64,000 bases of DNA. Source: Eledone cirrhosa. Its lineage: Eukaryota. Position 1 is the stretch's first letter. Every line of letters begins with the position of its first letter. Made by a program: the position numbers and the translations under genes. The notes beneath the pieces are model-generated. The model saw only the letters and a list, made by a program, of their open reading frames with translations. It did not search any database and was not told the DNA's origin. This document shows, piece after piece, positions 37,499 to 48,142 of the stretch. The DNA is taken from contig OZ024740.1 of assembly GCA_964016885.1 (NCBI GenBank), positions 135,780,001-135,844,000 on the forward strand. The letters run 5' to 3'.

Positions 37499-39768
37499 GC
37501 ATGTCCTACAACGCGATGACCAAAAACGTGAGGTGTTCAGGATTGCTAGGCAATGCGTCAAGGAAAACCGTGATATTGTCGGGGAGAAGTGTGTACTTAA
37601 CGATGATGGCATACTTGCCATCACCGACACTGATAAGAAGGCAGCTTGGAAGTGTCACTATGAAAGGCTACTAAATGAGGAGAATAAATGGGAGAAAGAC
37701 AGTCTCCCCCATGTCGACCCAATAGAGGGACCAGCAGTGTTAGTCGAGGGGAGTATAATAAGTAAGGCAATCAAGGATATGAAGACAGGTAAGGCGGCTG
37801 GGCCTTCGGAAATAGTTGCTGAGATGCTGAAGGCATCTGGCACGGTGGGACACACCATGGTCACCCGCATAGTTAACCAAGTCGTACAGAATGGGGCTGT
37901 TCCGAAGGACTGGCATAGCAGCATCATCGTTAACTGTTATAAGGGTAAAGGAGACGCCCTAGATAGGAGTAACTATAGAGGCATTAAATTAATCGACCAG
38001 GTCATGAAGGTCACAGAAAAAGTAATAGCGCAACTAATCAGAGAGAGAATTGACCTAGATGAAATGCAGTTCGGGTTTGTGTCAGGCAAAAGTACCACAG
38101 ACGCTCTTTTCATAGTACGACAACTACAGGAGAAGTACCTAGCTAAAGGTAAACCCCTCTACTTAGCTTTTGTCGACTTGGAGAAAGCCTTCGACAGAGT
38201 CCCCCGCTCCATTATCTGGTGGGCTCTTAGAAAACTAGGCGTTGACGAATGGCTTGTGAGGGCTATACAAGCCATGTATAAAGAAACAGTCAGCAAGGTT
38301 AGAATTAACAACGAATATAGTGAAGAGTTTAGCGTAAAAGTTGGCGTCCATCAGGGCTCTGTTCTCAGCCCCCTACTATTTATTATTGCCCTTCAGGCTA
38401 TAACAGAGGAGTTCAAGACAGGCTGCCCATGGGAACTCCTATACGCAGACGACCTGACACTCATAGCGGAATCAATGGCCGAGCTAGAGAAGAAATTCCA
38501 AACATGGAAGCACGGCCTAGAGTCAAAAGGACTTAAAATTAACCTGGCTAAGACCAAAGTTCTAGTTTGTAGGAAAGAAAACAAGGCGGCGGTCCCTTCT
38601 GGGAAATGGTCGTGCTCGGTGTGTAGGAAAGGCGTAGGTAGAAACTCCATTTTGTGTCCTAAATGCAAAGTATGGGTGCATAAAAGATGTAGTGGGATCA
38701 CAGGTAAGCTAACTAAGAACATAGATTTTACATGTGGCCGGTGTTCTGGTGCAATAAGTAGCAGCAAGTGCCCACACAATACTAGCTCTTTCAATTGCGC
38801 AGAGGGTTCTATAGAAATAGTGGACAGCTTCCGTTACCTGGGCGATAAAATCAGCAGTGGGGGAGGGTGCTCTGAAAGTACTGTAGCTAGAGTCAGAACT
38901 GGTTGGAAAAAGTTCAGAGAGCTTATACCACTATTAGCTGCTAAAGGGTTCTCCCTAAAAATGAAAGGCAGGTTGTACGATGCCTGCATACGAACAGCAA
39001 TGTTGCATGGCAGTGAGACCTGGGCATTGTGTGCAGAGGATATACGCAGACTAGAGAGGAACGAAGCTTGCATGCTCCGCTGGATGTGTAACAGTAATAT
39101 ACGTGAACGGCAAAGCATAAACGAACTAAGGAAAAAATTAGAGATAAGAGGGATCAGATGTTGTTTACTCGAGAGAAGGCTACGTTGGTATGGACACGTG
39201 ATGCGCATGAAAGTCGATAGCTGTATAACAAAGTGCAGGGCAATAAAGATAGACGGTAGCCACGGAATAGGCAGACCTAGAAAAACCTGGGACGAGCTGA
39301 TAAACTCCGACCTCACACACTTACACCTCTCCAAGACAATGTCACTGGACCGAGACCTTTGGCGGTACTCAGTAACAGAGAAGACCCGCCTTGCCAGTAG
39401 GCATCTCTAACAAAATACACCCCGTCCCACCACCACCACCCCCACCCCATCCACACCACCCCGTCCTATGTAAAGTTATGTTGGTGCCGCGCCATCCGGG
39501 CCGAAACAAATGAGATCGTGTAGGTGTCACGACAAAAAAACACACAGTCCACGCTGTAATGTGGCCGTGTAGGCAACACGGTAAAAACCTCCCAGACCCA
39601 CACTGTAAATGTGGTTGGTGTTAGGAAGGGCATCCAACTGTAGAAAACCTGCCAGACAGTCCTATGCGAGCAAGACAATCACTCTTGCCTCAAGTGGGAC
39701 TACCCCCGTCCAAACCCATGCAAGCGTGGAACACGGACGTTAAACGTTGATGATGATGATGATGATGA
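37499..39768 (+). mobile_element. RTE-clade LINE family 1, 5'-truncated, apparently young copy
   Basis: Uninterrupted RT ORF, ~360-bp 3' UTR, terminal CGTCC/GGACG stem and (GAT)n tail; 5' end abuts (TA)n. Confidence 0.96.
37533..39410 (+). CDS. RTE reverse transcriptase ORF (N-terminally truncated, lacks APE) with internal PHD finger
   Basis: 625 aa: NYRGIKL, QFGF, FVDLEKAFDRVP, GVHQGSVLSP, YADD, C4HC3 finger, FRYLG, HGSETW, RLRWYGHV, GRPRKTW; frame stays open up to the truncation point at ~37500. Confidence 0.95.
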   Translation: MFRIARQCVKENRDIVGEKCVLNDDGILAITDTDKKAAWKCHYERLLNEENKWEKDSLPHVDPIEGPAVLVEGSIISKAIKDMKTGKAAGPSEIVAEMLKASGTVGHTMVTRIVNQVVQNGAVPKDWHSSIIVNCYKGKGDALDRSNYRGIKLIDQVMKVTEKVIAQLIRERIDLDEMQFGFVSGKSTTDALFIVRQLQEKYLAKGKPLYLAFVDLEKAFDRVPRSIIWWALRKLGVDEWLVRAIQAMYKETVSKVRINNEYSEEFSVKVGVHQGSVLSPLLFIIALQAITEEFKTGCPWELLYADDLTLIAESMAELEKKFQTWKHGLESKGLKINLAKTKVLVCRKENKAAVPSGKWSCSVCRKGVGRNSILCPKCKVWVHKRCSGITGKLTKNIDFTCGRCSGAISSSKCPHNTSSFNCAEGSIEIVDSFRYLGDKISSGGGCSESTVARVRTGWKKFRELIPLLAAKGFSLKMKGRLYDACIRTAMLHGSETWALCAEDIRRLERNEACMLRWMCNSNIRERQSINELRKKLEIRGIRCCLLERRLRWYGHVMRMKVDSCITKCRAIKIDGSHGIGRPRKTWDELINSDLTHLHLSKTMSLDRDLWRYSVTEKTRLASRHL

Positions 39769-39772
39769 CATA

Positions 39773-40618
39773 CAGGGTGCGGACGATATTAGTTTGCAAT
39801 TTTCAACTGCTAATTTTATGCAAATTTTTTTTACTTTCGTTGTCACTCTTGTCTTCATAAAAACAGTGACTATATTTCCATTATTTATTTTCAGAATAAT
39901 TGATTAGGAATAATTTTGAACCTCCAAATTTGTGGAAGAGACACAGTGTTCTTGGAATCCGTGCCAGGAGGACAAATAAGGAAATTTCAGACTTTCTCAG
40001 CGTCAGCAGGAGAATGGTGGAAAAGGTCAGAAAGGAATTGGAAGATTCAGGATTCGACTACGAAGCAACATCAGAGAGGAAAACACATGATCGACGATCT
40101 GACGCCTTCAGAACACCTGAGTTCTTCCCTGAGGGCCTCAAGCTGAACACCGATGGCTACATCTGCGTTCTGAGCGAGGTAGTAAAACCCTAGATCGACC
40201 AGGTAGCTGCAGGTAGGCCGTATGTGCGGCAGCAAGACTCAGCGCCTTGCCATACCAGCCGAAAGACCCAAGCCTGGCTGTCAGAGAACTTCGTCGACCA
40301 CACTTCACCTGACATCTGGCCTCCCAGCTCGCCTGACTGCAACCCCCTCGACTTCTTTGTGTGGGGTGCAGTGGAACGAGACACCAACAGATCTAGCTGC
40401 AATACGAAAGACGATCTGAAGGCCAGGATCACAAGTGCCTTTAGGGGCCTAAGTCGGGGGACAGTGACGAAGGCCTGTAGCCGGTTCCGAGGCTGCCTTG
40501 AGGCCGTCATTAAAGCCAATGGCGGGTTTATCGAGTGAGATCGAAAGAACAAGTCATGAAGACAAACTGACCCAAGTTCTAGACAGTAATCTTGCAAACA
40601 AATATCGTCCGCACCCTG
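39773..40618 (+). mobile_element. Tc1/mariner DD37D (maT) transposon, internally deleted
   Basis: 27-bp TIRs CAGGGTGCGGACGATATT(A/T)GTTTGCAA with 1 mismatch; TA TSD; 37 residues between the QQD and NPLD aspartates; in-frame deletion at TPEF|FPEG and TAG at 40191. Confidence 0.95.
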
Positions 40619-41392
40619 TATATTATGCCTAATATTATTTTCCTAATAAAAGCACATTAACAATTTGACTTTCACTTCTGCTTTTTTATTAGTTGATTCA
40701 TCAAAGTTCTTTTGTCACACATTCTGTTACCTCCTGAATAACTCAATTTGTTCTTTTTCTATATGGTACATACCACAGAAAGACAAAATGGAGTATACAA
40801 AATAAGACCAGAAAGAAAAGGAGGCACAGAGAAGAACAAATAGTCACTGAGGAGGTTACAGAATGTGTGACAAAAGAACTGACAAACTAATAACTAATAA
40901 CAAAGCTGAAGTTAAATAATGCATAGGTTTTTATTGGCAAAATTGGCAACATGACCATCCCGAAGGATAACAATATCTGTTTCAACATAGAAGCTTGCAA
41001 AACAAATAAATAAATGATATATATAATGATATTAACATACATAATAATACATATAATTATATTTTCCCTTTTATCTAGACATTTAAAAAAATTCAATTTT
41101 GCTAATTAATTTAAAAATAAATTTAAATACTACATTCTGAAATAATTAGATATACACATTTATTTACACTTTTCATGATACATAAAGTAAACAATTAATA
41201 AATTAATGAGCTCAGATTTTCCAAAGAATGTATTTTAAATGAGAAAATACACAATAAAAGAATAAAGAGCAAGATCAAATTGTTCAATCAGTCCATCCAT
41301 CTAATCTATTTTTCACATATTTTGAGTGATAATTATATGGAAAGGTGATGAAAATGCAGACAAGATATTTGGAGCACGAAAAACTATTGTAT

Positions 41393-41735
41393 CATTCATT
41401 TCATTTCATTTCATTTTACGTCCACTTTTCCCTGCTTGCAAGGGTGGGACAGGAACTGATTCTGGCTTGATTTCTACAGCTGGATGCCCTTCCTAACACC
41501 AACCTCATTTACAGTGAGTACTGGGTGCTTTTTTGCTGTGGCACCTCCACGACCACTTTGCAGTGGAATGACATGGACCCCAGCCCTATCATCTCATTTC
41601 TACAGCTGAGTAAACTGGAGCAATGTGAAATAAAGTGTCTTGCTCAGGGAAATAACACATCACCCGGTCTGAGAATTGAACTCACAACCTTTCGATTGCA
41701 AGGCCAATGCTCTAACCACTAAGCCATGTGCCTCC
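41393..41735 (-). mobile_element. tRNA-derived SINE family B, full length, with RTE family-2 3' tail
   Basis: Head GGAGGCACATGGCTTAGTGG...GAGTTCAATTCT; central ctgagcaagacactt domain; 3' part is nearly identical to the 32060-32285 LINE UTR; (AAATG)n tail. Confidence 0.92.
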
Positions 41736-42089
41736 TTTATGAATAATTAATCTTTTTCTCATTATTACGTGTTTATATTGACTCAAATACAAGACTAGTA
41801 TTTTATTTTATGGACCCCCACAAGGATGAAAGTTAAAGTCAAATCCTGCTGAGGTCAACTTTACTTTTTATCATTTCAGGGTTGATAAAACAAAGTAGTC
41901 AAATACTGGAGTCAATATAATCAACTTACCCTCCCCCTAAATTGCTGGATTTGTGCCTAAATTAGACACCGTTATTATTTATAATCCAAAAGTTTGTGAT
42001 AAAAACGCAATGTTTCAAAAATTGTATACCAGTCCTAGACATATATACACATGCGCCACCTCCCCATATATATATATATATATATATAC

Positions 42090-42806
42090 ACAAATGGGTA
42101 AACTAACAGGAAAGGAAGACTTTGTATGTAAAAGATGAATAGGAGTAATTGAGGGGAAAAGTGTCAGATATAAACCTCTTCAAGTCACAGGAAGAGTCCA
42201 TAGAAGTGGTTGGTAGCTTCTGCTATCTGGGTGACTTAATTAGCGGTGGAAGAGGGTACTCCGAGAGCTAGAATAAGGATAGGATGGAAGAAGTTTAGGG
42301 AGCTACTCCCACTGTTGACAACAAAAAATTTCTCCTTACTTACAAAAAGATGACTGTATGACACCTGTGTGTGAAATGCGATGCTGCATAGTAGTGAAAC
42401 ATGGGCTGTGAATGCAGAGGATATGTGTAGACTGGAGAGAAATGAAGCAGCCATGCTTCGTTAGATGTGCAATATAAATATATGAGAAAGGCAGAGCTTG
42501 GATGAACTGAAGGAGAAGCTGGGTTTAAGAGGAATCTGAAGTGGTGTATAAGAAGAGACTTTGATACAGACATGATGTGCATGGATGATGATCAGCAGGT
42601 GAAGAAGTGCCAGGAAATGTCAGTGGAAGGAAGCTGCAGTAGAGGTAGACCAAAAAAAACCTGGACAGAGGATGTGAGAGCTGACTTCAAATTGCTGAGA
42701 CTCACAGAAGAGATGAAGAAACATGGCGAGTAGAGAGATGCTGTGCTGAGAAGGACCTGTTCAACCCATGTGAGCGTGGAAAAATGGACGTAAAAACAAT
42801 GATGAT
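42090..42806 (+). mobile_element. Degenerate RTE 3' fragment
   Basis: SFCYLGD, GWKKFRELLP, HSSETW and RGRPKKTW with stops; (GAT) tail; 5' end at (TA)n. Confidence 0.85.
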
Positions 42807-43199
42807 AAGCTACCACACAGTTTCAATCACAAGGCATTGATCAACTAAAAAGACAAAAAAGGCACTCAAAACCATGTGGTTGCAAAGAAAACTCCTTAAC
42901 CGCTCAGCCATCTGTAGTTTTGTAACATTAATATTTTATTTATTTTGGCAAGATGTAAGACCAGTGTTTTATTTTTGTCTATATTCCTTCTCTATGTTCC
43001 AATATCCAGAGAGGTCAGAGCTTCCAGGAATTATGACTTCAGTTCAGCGAATATTGTGCACCCTGATATTTCAAAACACATTCACTCACATAAAAGTAGT
43101 TGCAGCTTTATGTACTCATACCAAGAATGAGGAGGTTGTAGAAAATATTGATTCATCTAGAAGATGAAAAGCAGAATATACTACACAGTTTTATTCTAT

Positions 43200-46100
43200 A
43201 TCATCATCATACGTCCGCTTTTCCCTGCTTGCAAGGGTTGGACGGGTCCTATTCAGCACAGCATCTCTCCACTTGTCATGGTCCTTTGTCATCTCGTCGG
43301 CGAGTTTCAGCGATCTGAGGTCTGCTCTCACCACCTCCGCCCATGTTTTTTGTGGTCTACCTCTACTGTGTCTTCCTTCTACTGGGATTTCTTGGCACTT
43401 CGTTACCCAGCGGTCATCCTTCCTGCGCATCACATGTCCATACCATCTCAGCCTTCTTTCCTGCACACCACAACTTATCCCTCTTATACCCAGTTTCTTT
43501 CTCAACTTGTCTATGCTTGGTCATTCACGCACACTGCCATTGAACATCCAACGGAGCACACCCGCCCCATCCCTCTCCAGCCGTCGCATATCTTCTGCAG
43601 TTGCTGCCCATGTCTCACTACCATGCAGCATCGCGCATCTCACACAAGCATCATACAACCGTCCATTCTTACGCAGGGAGAAACCCTTCTTTGTCAACAG
43701 AGGAAGCAGCTCCCTAAACTTCTAACTCGACATTCTAGATACTATGGCCTCGGAAACCCCCCCCTCCCATGCTAATCTGATCACCTAGGTACTGGAAGCT
43801 ATCAACCACTTTTATAGAACCAACCTGCATTGGAAAAATGTGTATCACTGCGATTACTACTGCCAACTTTCCCTGTACATCTACTGCATACGTAGTTCTC
43901 CCTACCTGTTAGTTTGCCTGCTATCCCTCTACATCTCTTGTGTACCCAAGATCTGCATTGCGTACATTTTATGGAATTTATGCCACTTCCTTTCCTACAT
44001 ATCGAACATGGCCATTTCCCCGATGGAATCAGAGTATTGCCCTCTCTTCTACTTATCAACACTTTTGTTTTAGCTACGTTCATTCTCAGTCCTCTTGATT
44101 CCAACTGCTGTTTCCATAGCCAGAATTTATTCTCTAGCTCCTTAGGGACCACCAGATGACAGATTGGGGTTAAGGCCTTCTCTAGGTCAACAAAAGCTAA
44201 GTATAGTGGCTTATTCTTCTCTAAGAACCTCTCTTGTAGTTGCCTCACGGTGTATTTTGTTAGAGATGCCTACTGACTGTAGTAGGTTTTACTTTGTATT
44301 TAGGTAAGGCGGGTCTTCTCTATTACTGAGTACCGCCAAAGGTCTCGGTCCAGTGACATTGTCTTGGTGAGGTGTAAGTGTGTGAGGTCGGAGTTTATCA
44401 GCTCGTCCCAGGTTTTTCTGGGTCTGCCTATTCCGTGGCTACCGTCTATCTTTATTGCCCTGCACTTTGTTATACAGCTATCGTCCTTCATGCGCATCAC
44501 GTGACCATACCAACGTAGCCTTCTCTCTAGTAAACAACATCTGATCCCTCTTATTTCTAATTTTTTCCTTAGTTCGTTTATGCTTTGTCATTACACATCC
44601 AGCGGAGCATGCAAGCTTCGTTTCTCTCTAGTCTGCGTATATCCTCTGCACACAATGCCCAGGTCTCACTGCCATGCAACATTGCATTCTTCATTTCCTT
44701 AATTGCCTCTTGTACCCTATATTCGTCAATCTCAATAGCTGGTCCCTCTGTCGGGTCTACTGGGGGTAATTTCTCTCTCTCCCATTCGTTCTCCACATTC
44801 ATCAGTCTCTCATAATGACATTTCCAGGCCTCCTTTTTTTGATCATTCATGACACTAAGTACACCGGCATCATTCTGGATACACTTATCTCCAACAACAT
44901 CCTGATTTGTACTGACACTGCCTTGCAATGCGGAACACCGCACATCTCTGATCTTCCCATCGCAGAACATTGGCAAACCTCCTACTCTCAGCCTCCCTGT
45001 GTGTTAAGTACACTTGACGTCTAGTTTCTCTCTTAGCGGCTGTGTATCCTTCTCTACTCCCACCATTTTTCCAAGCCTTCCATGCCAGTCTTTTGTCTCT
45101 AATGGCCCTATCTACCATGCTGTTCCACCACCAGGTCACTCTCTGTCTGGTTGAAGCTCTGCCCCAACCACAAGTTTCTTCAGAAGCCTGTAGTAAGTTG
45201 TCACACAAGAATTCCAGTTATCATCTATGTCATACGATTCTAAATCATCTTCCTTTTTGTCATACACATCTTGAAGGACTTTGCTAAATTTATATTTTAA
45301 TGAAAGGTCTTTTAGCTTCTAGACCTTTCTTTTCCACACCTTCCTGTATGTCTCATTCTTTCTCTTGCTTACTGAGTGATGTCACTAATAACTAACCTAT
45401 GTGGTGGGGTACATTCTTCCCCGGGGTATGCCTTAGTATTTGACACTATCTGTCCATCTCGTTGTCTAACTAGCAGGAAGTCAATCTGGCTTATGTGCTC
45501 GCCTGATTTGTAGGTTATTAGGTGGTTGGTAGGCCTCTGGAAGTTAGTGCTGCAAATGGTTAGTGCATTTGCATCACAAAATTCAAGAAGCCTCACTCCT
45601 TCATTTCCTGAGCTGTAACCGTGCCCTCCATGTACCCCAGTGTATCCACCCTGGAGCTGTCCAACATGTCCATTGAAGTCCCCCACTAACATAACGACGT
45701 CTCTGTCCTCTGTCATTGAGGCTGTTTGTAAAAGTTGCTCGTAAAAGCAGTCTTTCTCTTCTTTACCTAGGCCTGCCTGGGGAGCATAGGCAGAGATGAT
45801 TGTCAGTAGTCTCTTGCCTACAACTAATCTAAGCTTAATTATTCTATCACTAACTAACTACTTCCATTGTCTTATTGATCCATTTCTCAGCCAGTAATAT
45901 GCCCACCCCACCTAACCCATCATCATCACCCAACCAGAAAAGCCTATAACTACGATATTTGCCTGCGATTAGTCTTGCAGAGGCACCCCTCCATCTCACT
46001 CCCCGCACACAGCACACATCCACATGCCTTCCCTCCAGCATCTCCGCTATCTCACCAGATCTACCTGTTAGAGTTCCAACATTAAGTGTGGCAACTCTAA

Positions 46101-46500
46101 CGTCTCGTTCTTTTTCCTGTTGTGCGATTGCCTGGTGACGGCCGTGGGGTTCACACATGGCCTCACCAGCCACCCCACTACCATGCACAGCCCCAGCATG
46201 GTCAGTGTCATTGCTGTTTACGCAGTTGTTTTTGTGCGATTGCTTGATGATGGTCGGGGGGGGGGGGGTTCTGGCACATGGCCGCACCAGTCACCTCGTT
46301 ACCAAGCGCAGCCCTAACATGTTTAGTGTTATTGTTGTTGACAGTTGTTGCAATGCTTATTTGTTGTGCTAATAATTTTGGCATCTATTATACTGGTTGG
46401 ATGCCCTTCCTAACACCAGCACCACTTTACAGCATGGACTGGGTGCTTTTATTCGTGCCACCAGCACTAAAGAGGTTGTCTTACTGGACTCAGTGGCCCT
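43200..46500 (-). mobile_element. RTE family 3, near full length but rearranged (5' UTR, APE, partial RT, PHD, 3' tail)
   Basis: ATLNVGTLTGR, ISAYAPQ, VGDFNGHVG, SQIDF, TWWWN, AFVDLEKA, CSIC..CTQC..WVHKRC, RLRWYGHV; (GAT)n tail at 43200. Confidence 0.92.
44250..44685 (-). mobile_element. RTE family 1 segment embedded in the family 3 copy
   Basis: Highly similar to ~38995-39420 and 34030-34397; lacks the family-1 3' tail. Confidence 0.88.
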
Positions 46501-46829
46501 CTTTACCCCTCCATTCCGAAAACAGAAGTGACTGCAGCATTGTACAAGGAGTGTTGAACTAGCAACATCGTAATTATGTCTTTTCTTCTATGCTGACATG
46601 GATTGGACAAGACATTTTATAGCAGTTTTATAGGAGTGGATACGCTTCCTGACACTAACCCTTGTTTTTTAAATGAAGTATATATAGATCTTCAACATAA
46701 ACAGCAGTTCTACAGTTCACCAGTTAGGTGTGTAAACATAAACAAACATCACCCTCTGTGCTAGTGATGTCAACTGCTAAGCAAAGATACATAGAAATAA
46801 GTTATGCATGCACACACTCAAACAAACAT

Positions 46830-47150
46830 ACCATCATTATCATTGTGACTGCAGTCGAACATTCCCGACAAACTCTCTCCACAATTCACAATTTTCCATT
46901 GCTCCTGTCAACTGCTCCCTACTGAGGTTTGTATTGCCTGAGAGGTGATTGATGAAGGTTTGAGCAGGTCTTCCTCTACTGCATCTCCCATAAGTTGATT
47001 CCCACAATATAATAGATTTTTCATAAACTAGTGTTTCAGCATGTATTACTTTTAACAGTATCTTATAAACTCGTATAAGCACCTCAATATTAGGTCACAA
47101 TTTTGATCCCTCTTACATTCTGGAGATATGGTCAATATTGGGCCTTGAAA
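46830..47150 (-). mobile_element. 3' end of a fourth RTE-type LINE
   Basis: ILWESTYGRCSRGRPAQTFI..L...T.L....L...M.N..LWR typical RTE C-terminus, followed by a TGAT-like tail. Confidence 0.75.
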
Positions 47151-47294
47151 CCTTCGGTATAGTGCTGTGCTGAATAGGACCTGTCCCACCCTTGCAAGCA
47201 GGGAAAAGTGGACGTAAAATGATGATGATGATGATATATATATATATTAGAAAAAACGAGGAAGTTTCATTTACATATGAAAAAAATATTTATT

Positions 47295-47399
47295 GTGTAT
47301 CAACCTGTTACGCGCGTTTCGCAGAGGATTGGCTCAAGGTGACCCATGGGAGTTATGGACCCGACTCCAGTATCAATCTGCTCCTCAGACTACCTACAC
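47295..47399 (-). ncRNA. Type I hammerhead ribozyme motif (Penelope/retrozyme type)
   Basis: Minus strand: CTGAGGA (47388-47382); stem II GCAGA/TCTGC enclosing ~50 nt; GAAA (47320-47317); minimal stem III AC-GCGC-GT; GTA triplet; stem I GT/AC plus distal GTGTA/TACAC; AATAAA immediately downstream; ~155-bp unit between (TA)n tracts. Confidence 0.7.
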
Positions 47400-48084
47400 T
47401 ATATATATATATATTAACCCATGCTAGCATGGAAGAACGGACGTAAAATGATGATGATATATATACACATACATACACACACACGTTACTTGTCCCATCC
47501 ACATAAAGCTTAAATTAGCTAAAACGCACCTCACAAGACAATTGCTTAGTTGAATAATTAAAATTCAAATCACAACCCTTTGTACAAGAAACCTTTCAAT
47601 GGAGATCTGTCTCAGAGGCATGATGGAATATATATGTAATTAGTCCTTACACAACCCTATCCAACATCTAAAAACAACAAACCTAAACTAACTAAAAATA
47701 CACCACATAAATTACAACTACCCAATTAAATGAAATTAAAATTAAAACAAACCCACTATGCTGGTTCTTGTTTATTCAGTATCTAGTTTCTGTATAAATA
47801 CATAAATATGTTTTTGCATACTGATGGTCTTTGGTAGCCAGATGAGCAGTATACAAAAACAACATTAAAATAAACAGGAGGAAGGATATGGCAGGAAAGA
47901 TGATGGCCCATCTGGCATCGAACTTTTCAGGTAGATCTGAAATCTGTCAGCGTACACTGAGAAAGCATACAATCAATCAAAAACACTAGAGGAGAATTGC
48001 TGCTTGATGTGCAAACATGTGCAGGATAGACTAGCTGACTAATATATATGTATGTGTGTATATGTGCAAGTAAGTCTGCAGCAT

Positions 48085-48142
<58 letters not shown>

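Noticed and set aside
38393-39334. Long antisense ORFs opposite the RTE RT (also 32386-32871 and 43164-43775)
   Set aside because: Shadow frames of the LINE ORF; no independent motifs.
46290-46560. HDV-like ribozyme expected at the RTE 5' end
   Set aside because: I could not trace the nested double-pseudoknot by eye; a descriptor search is needed.
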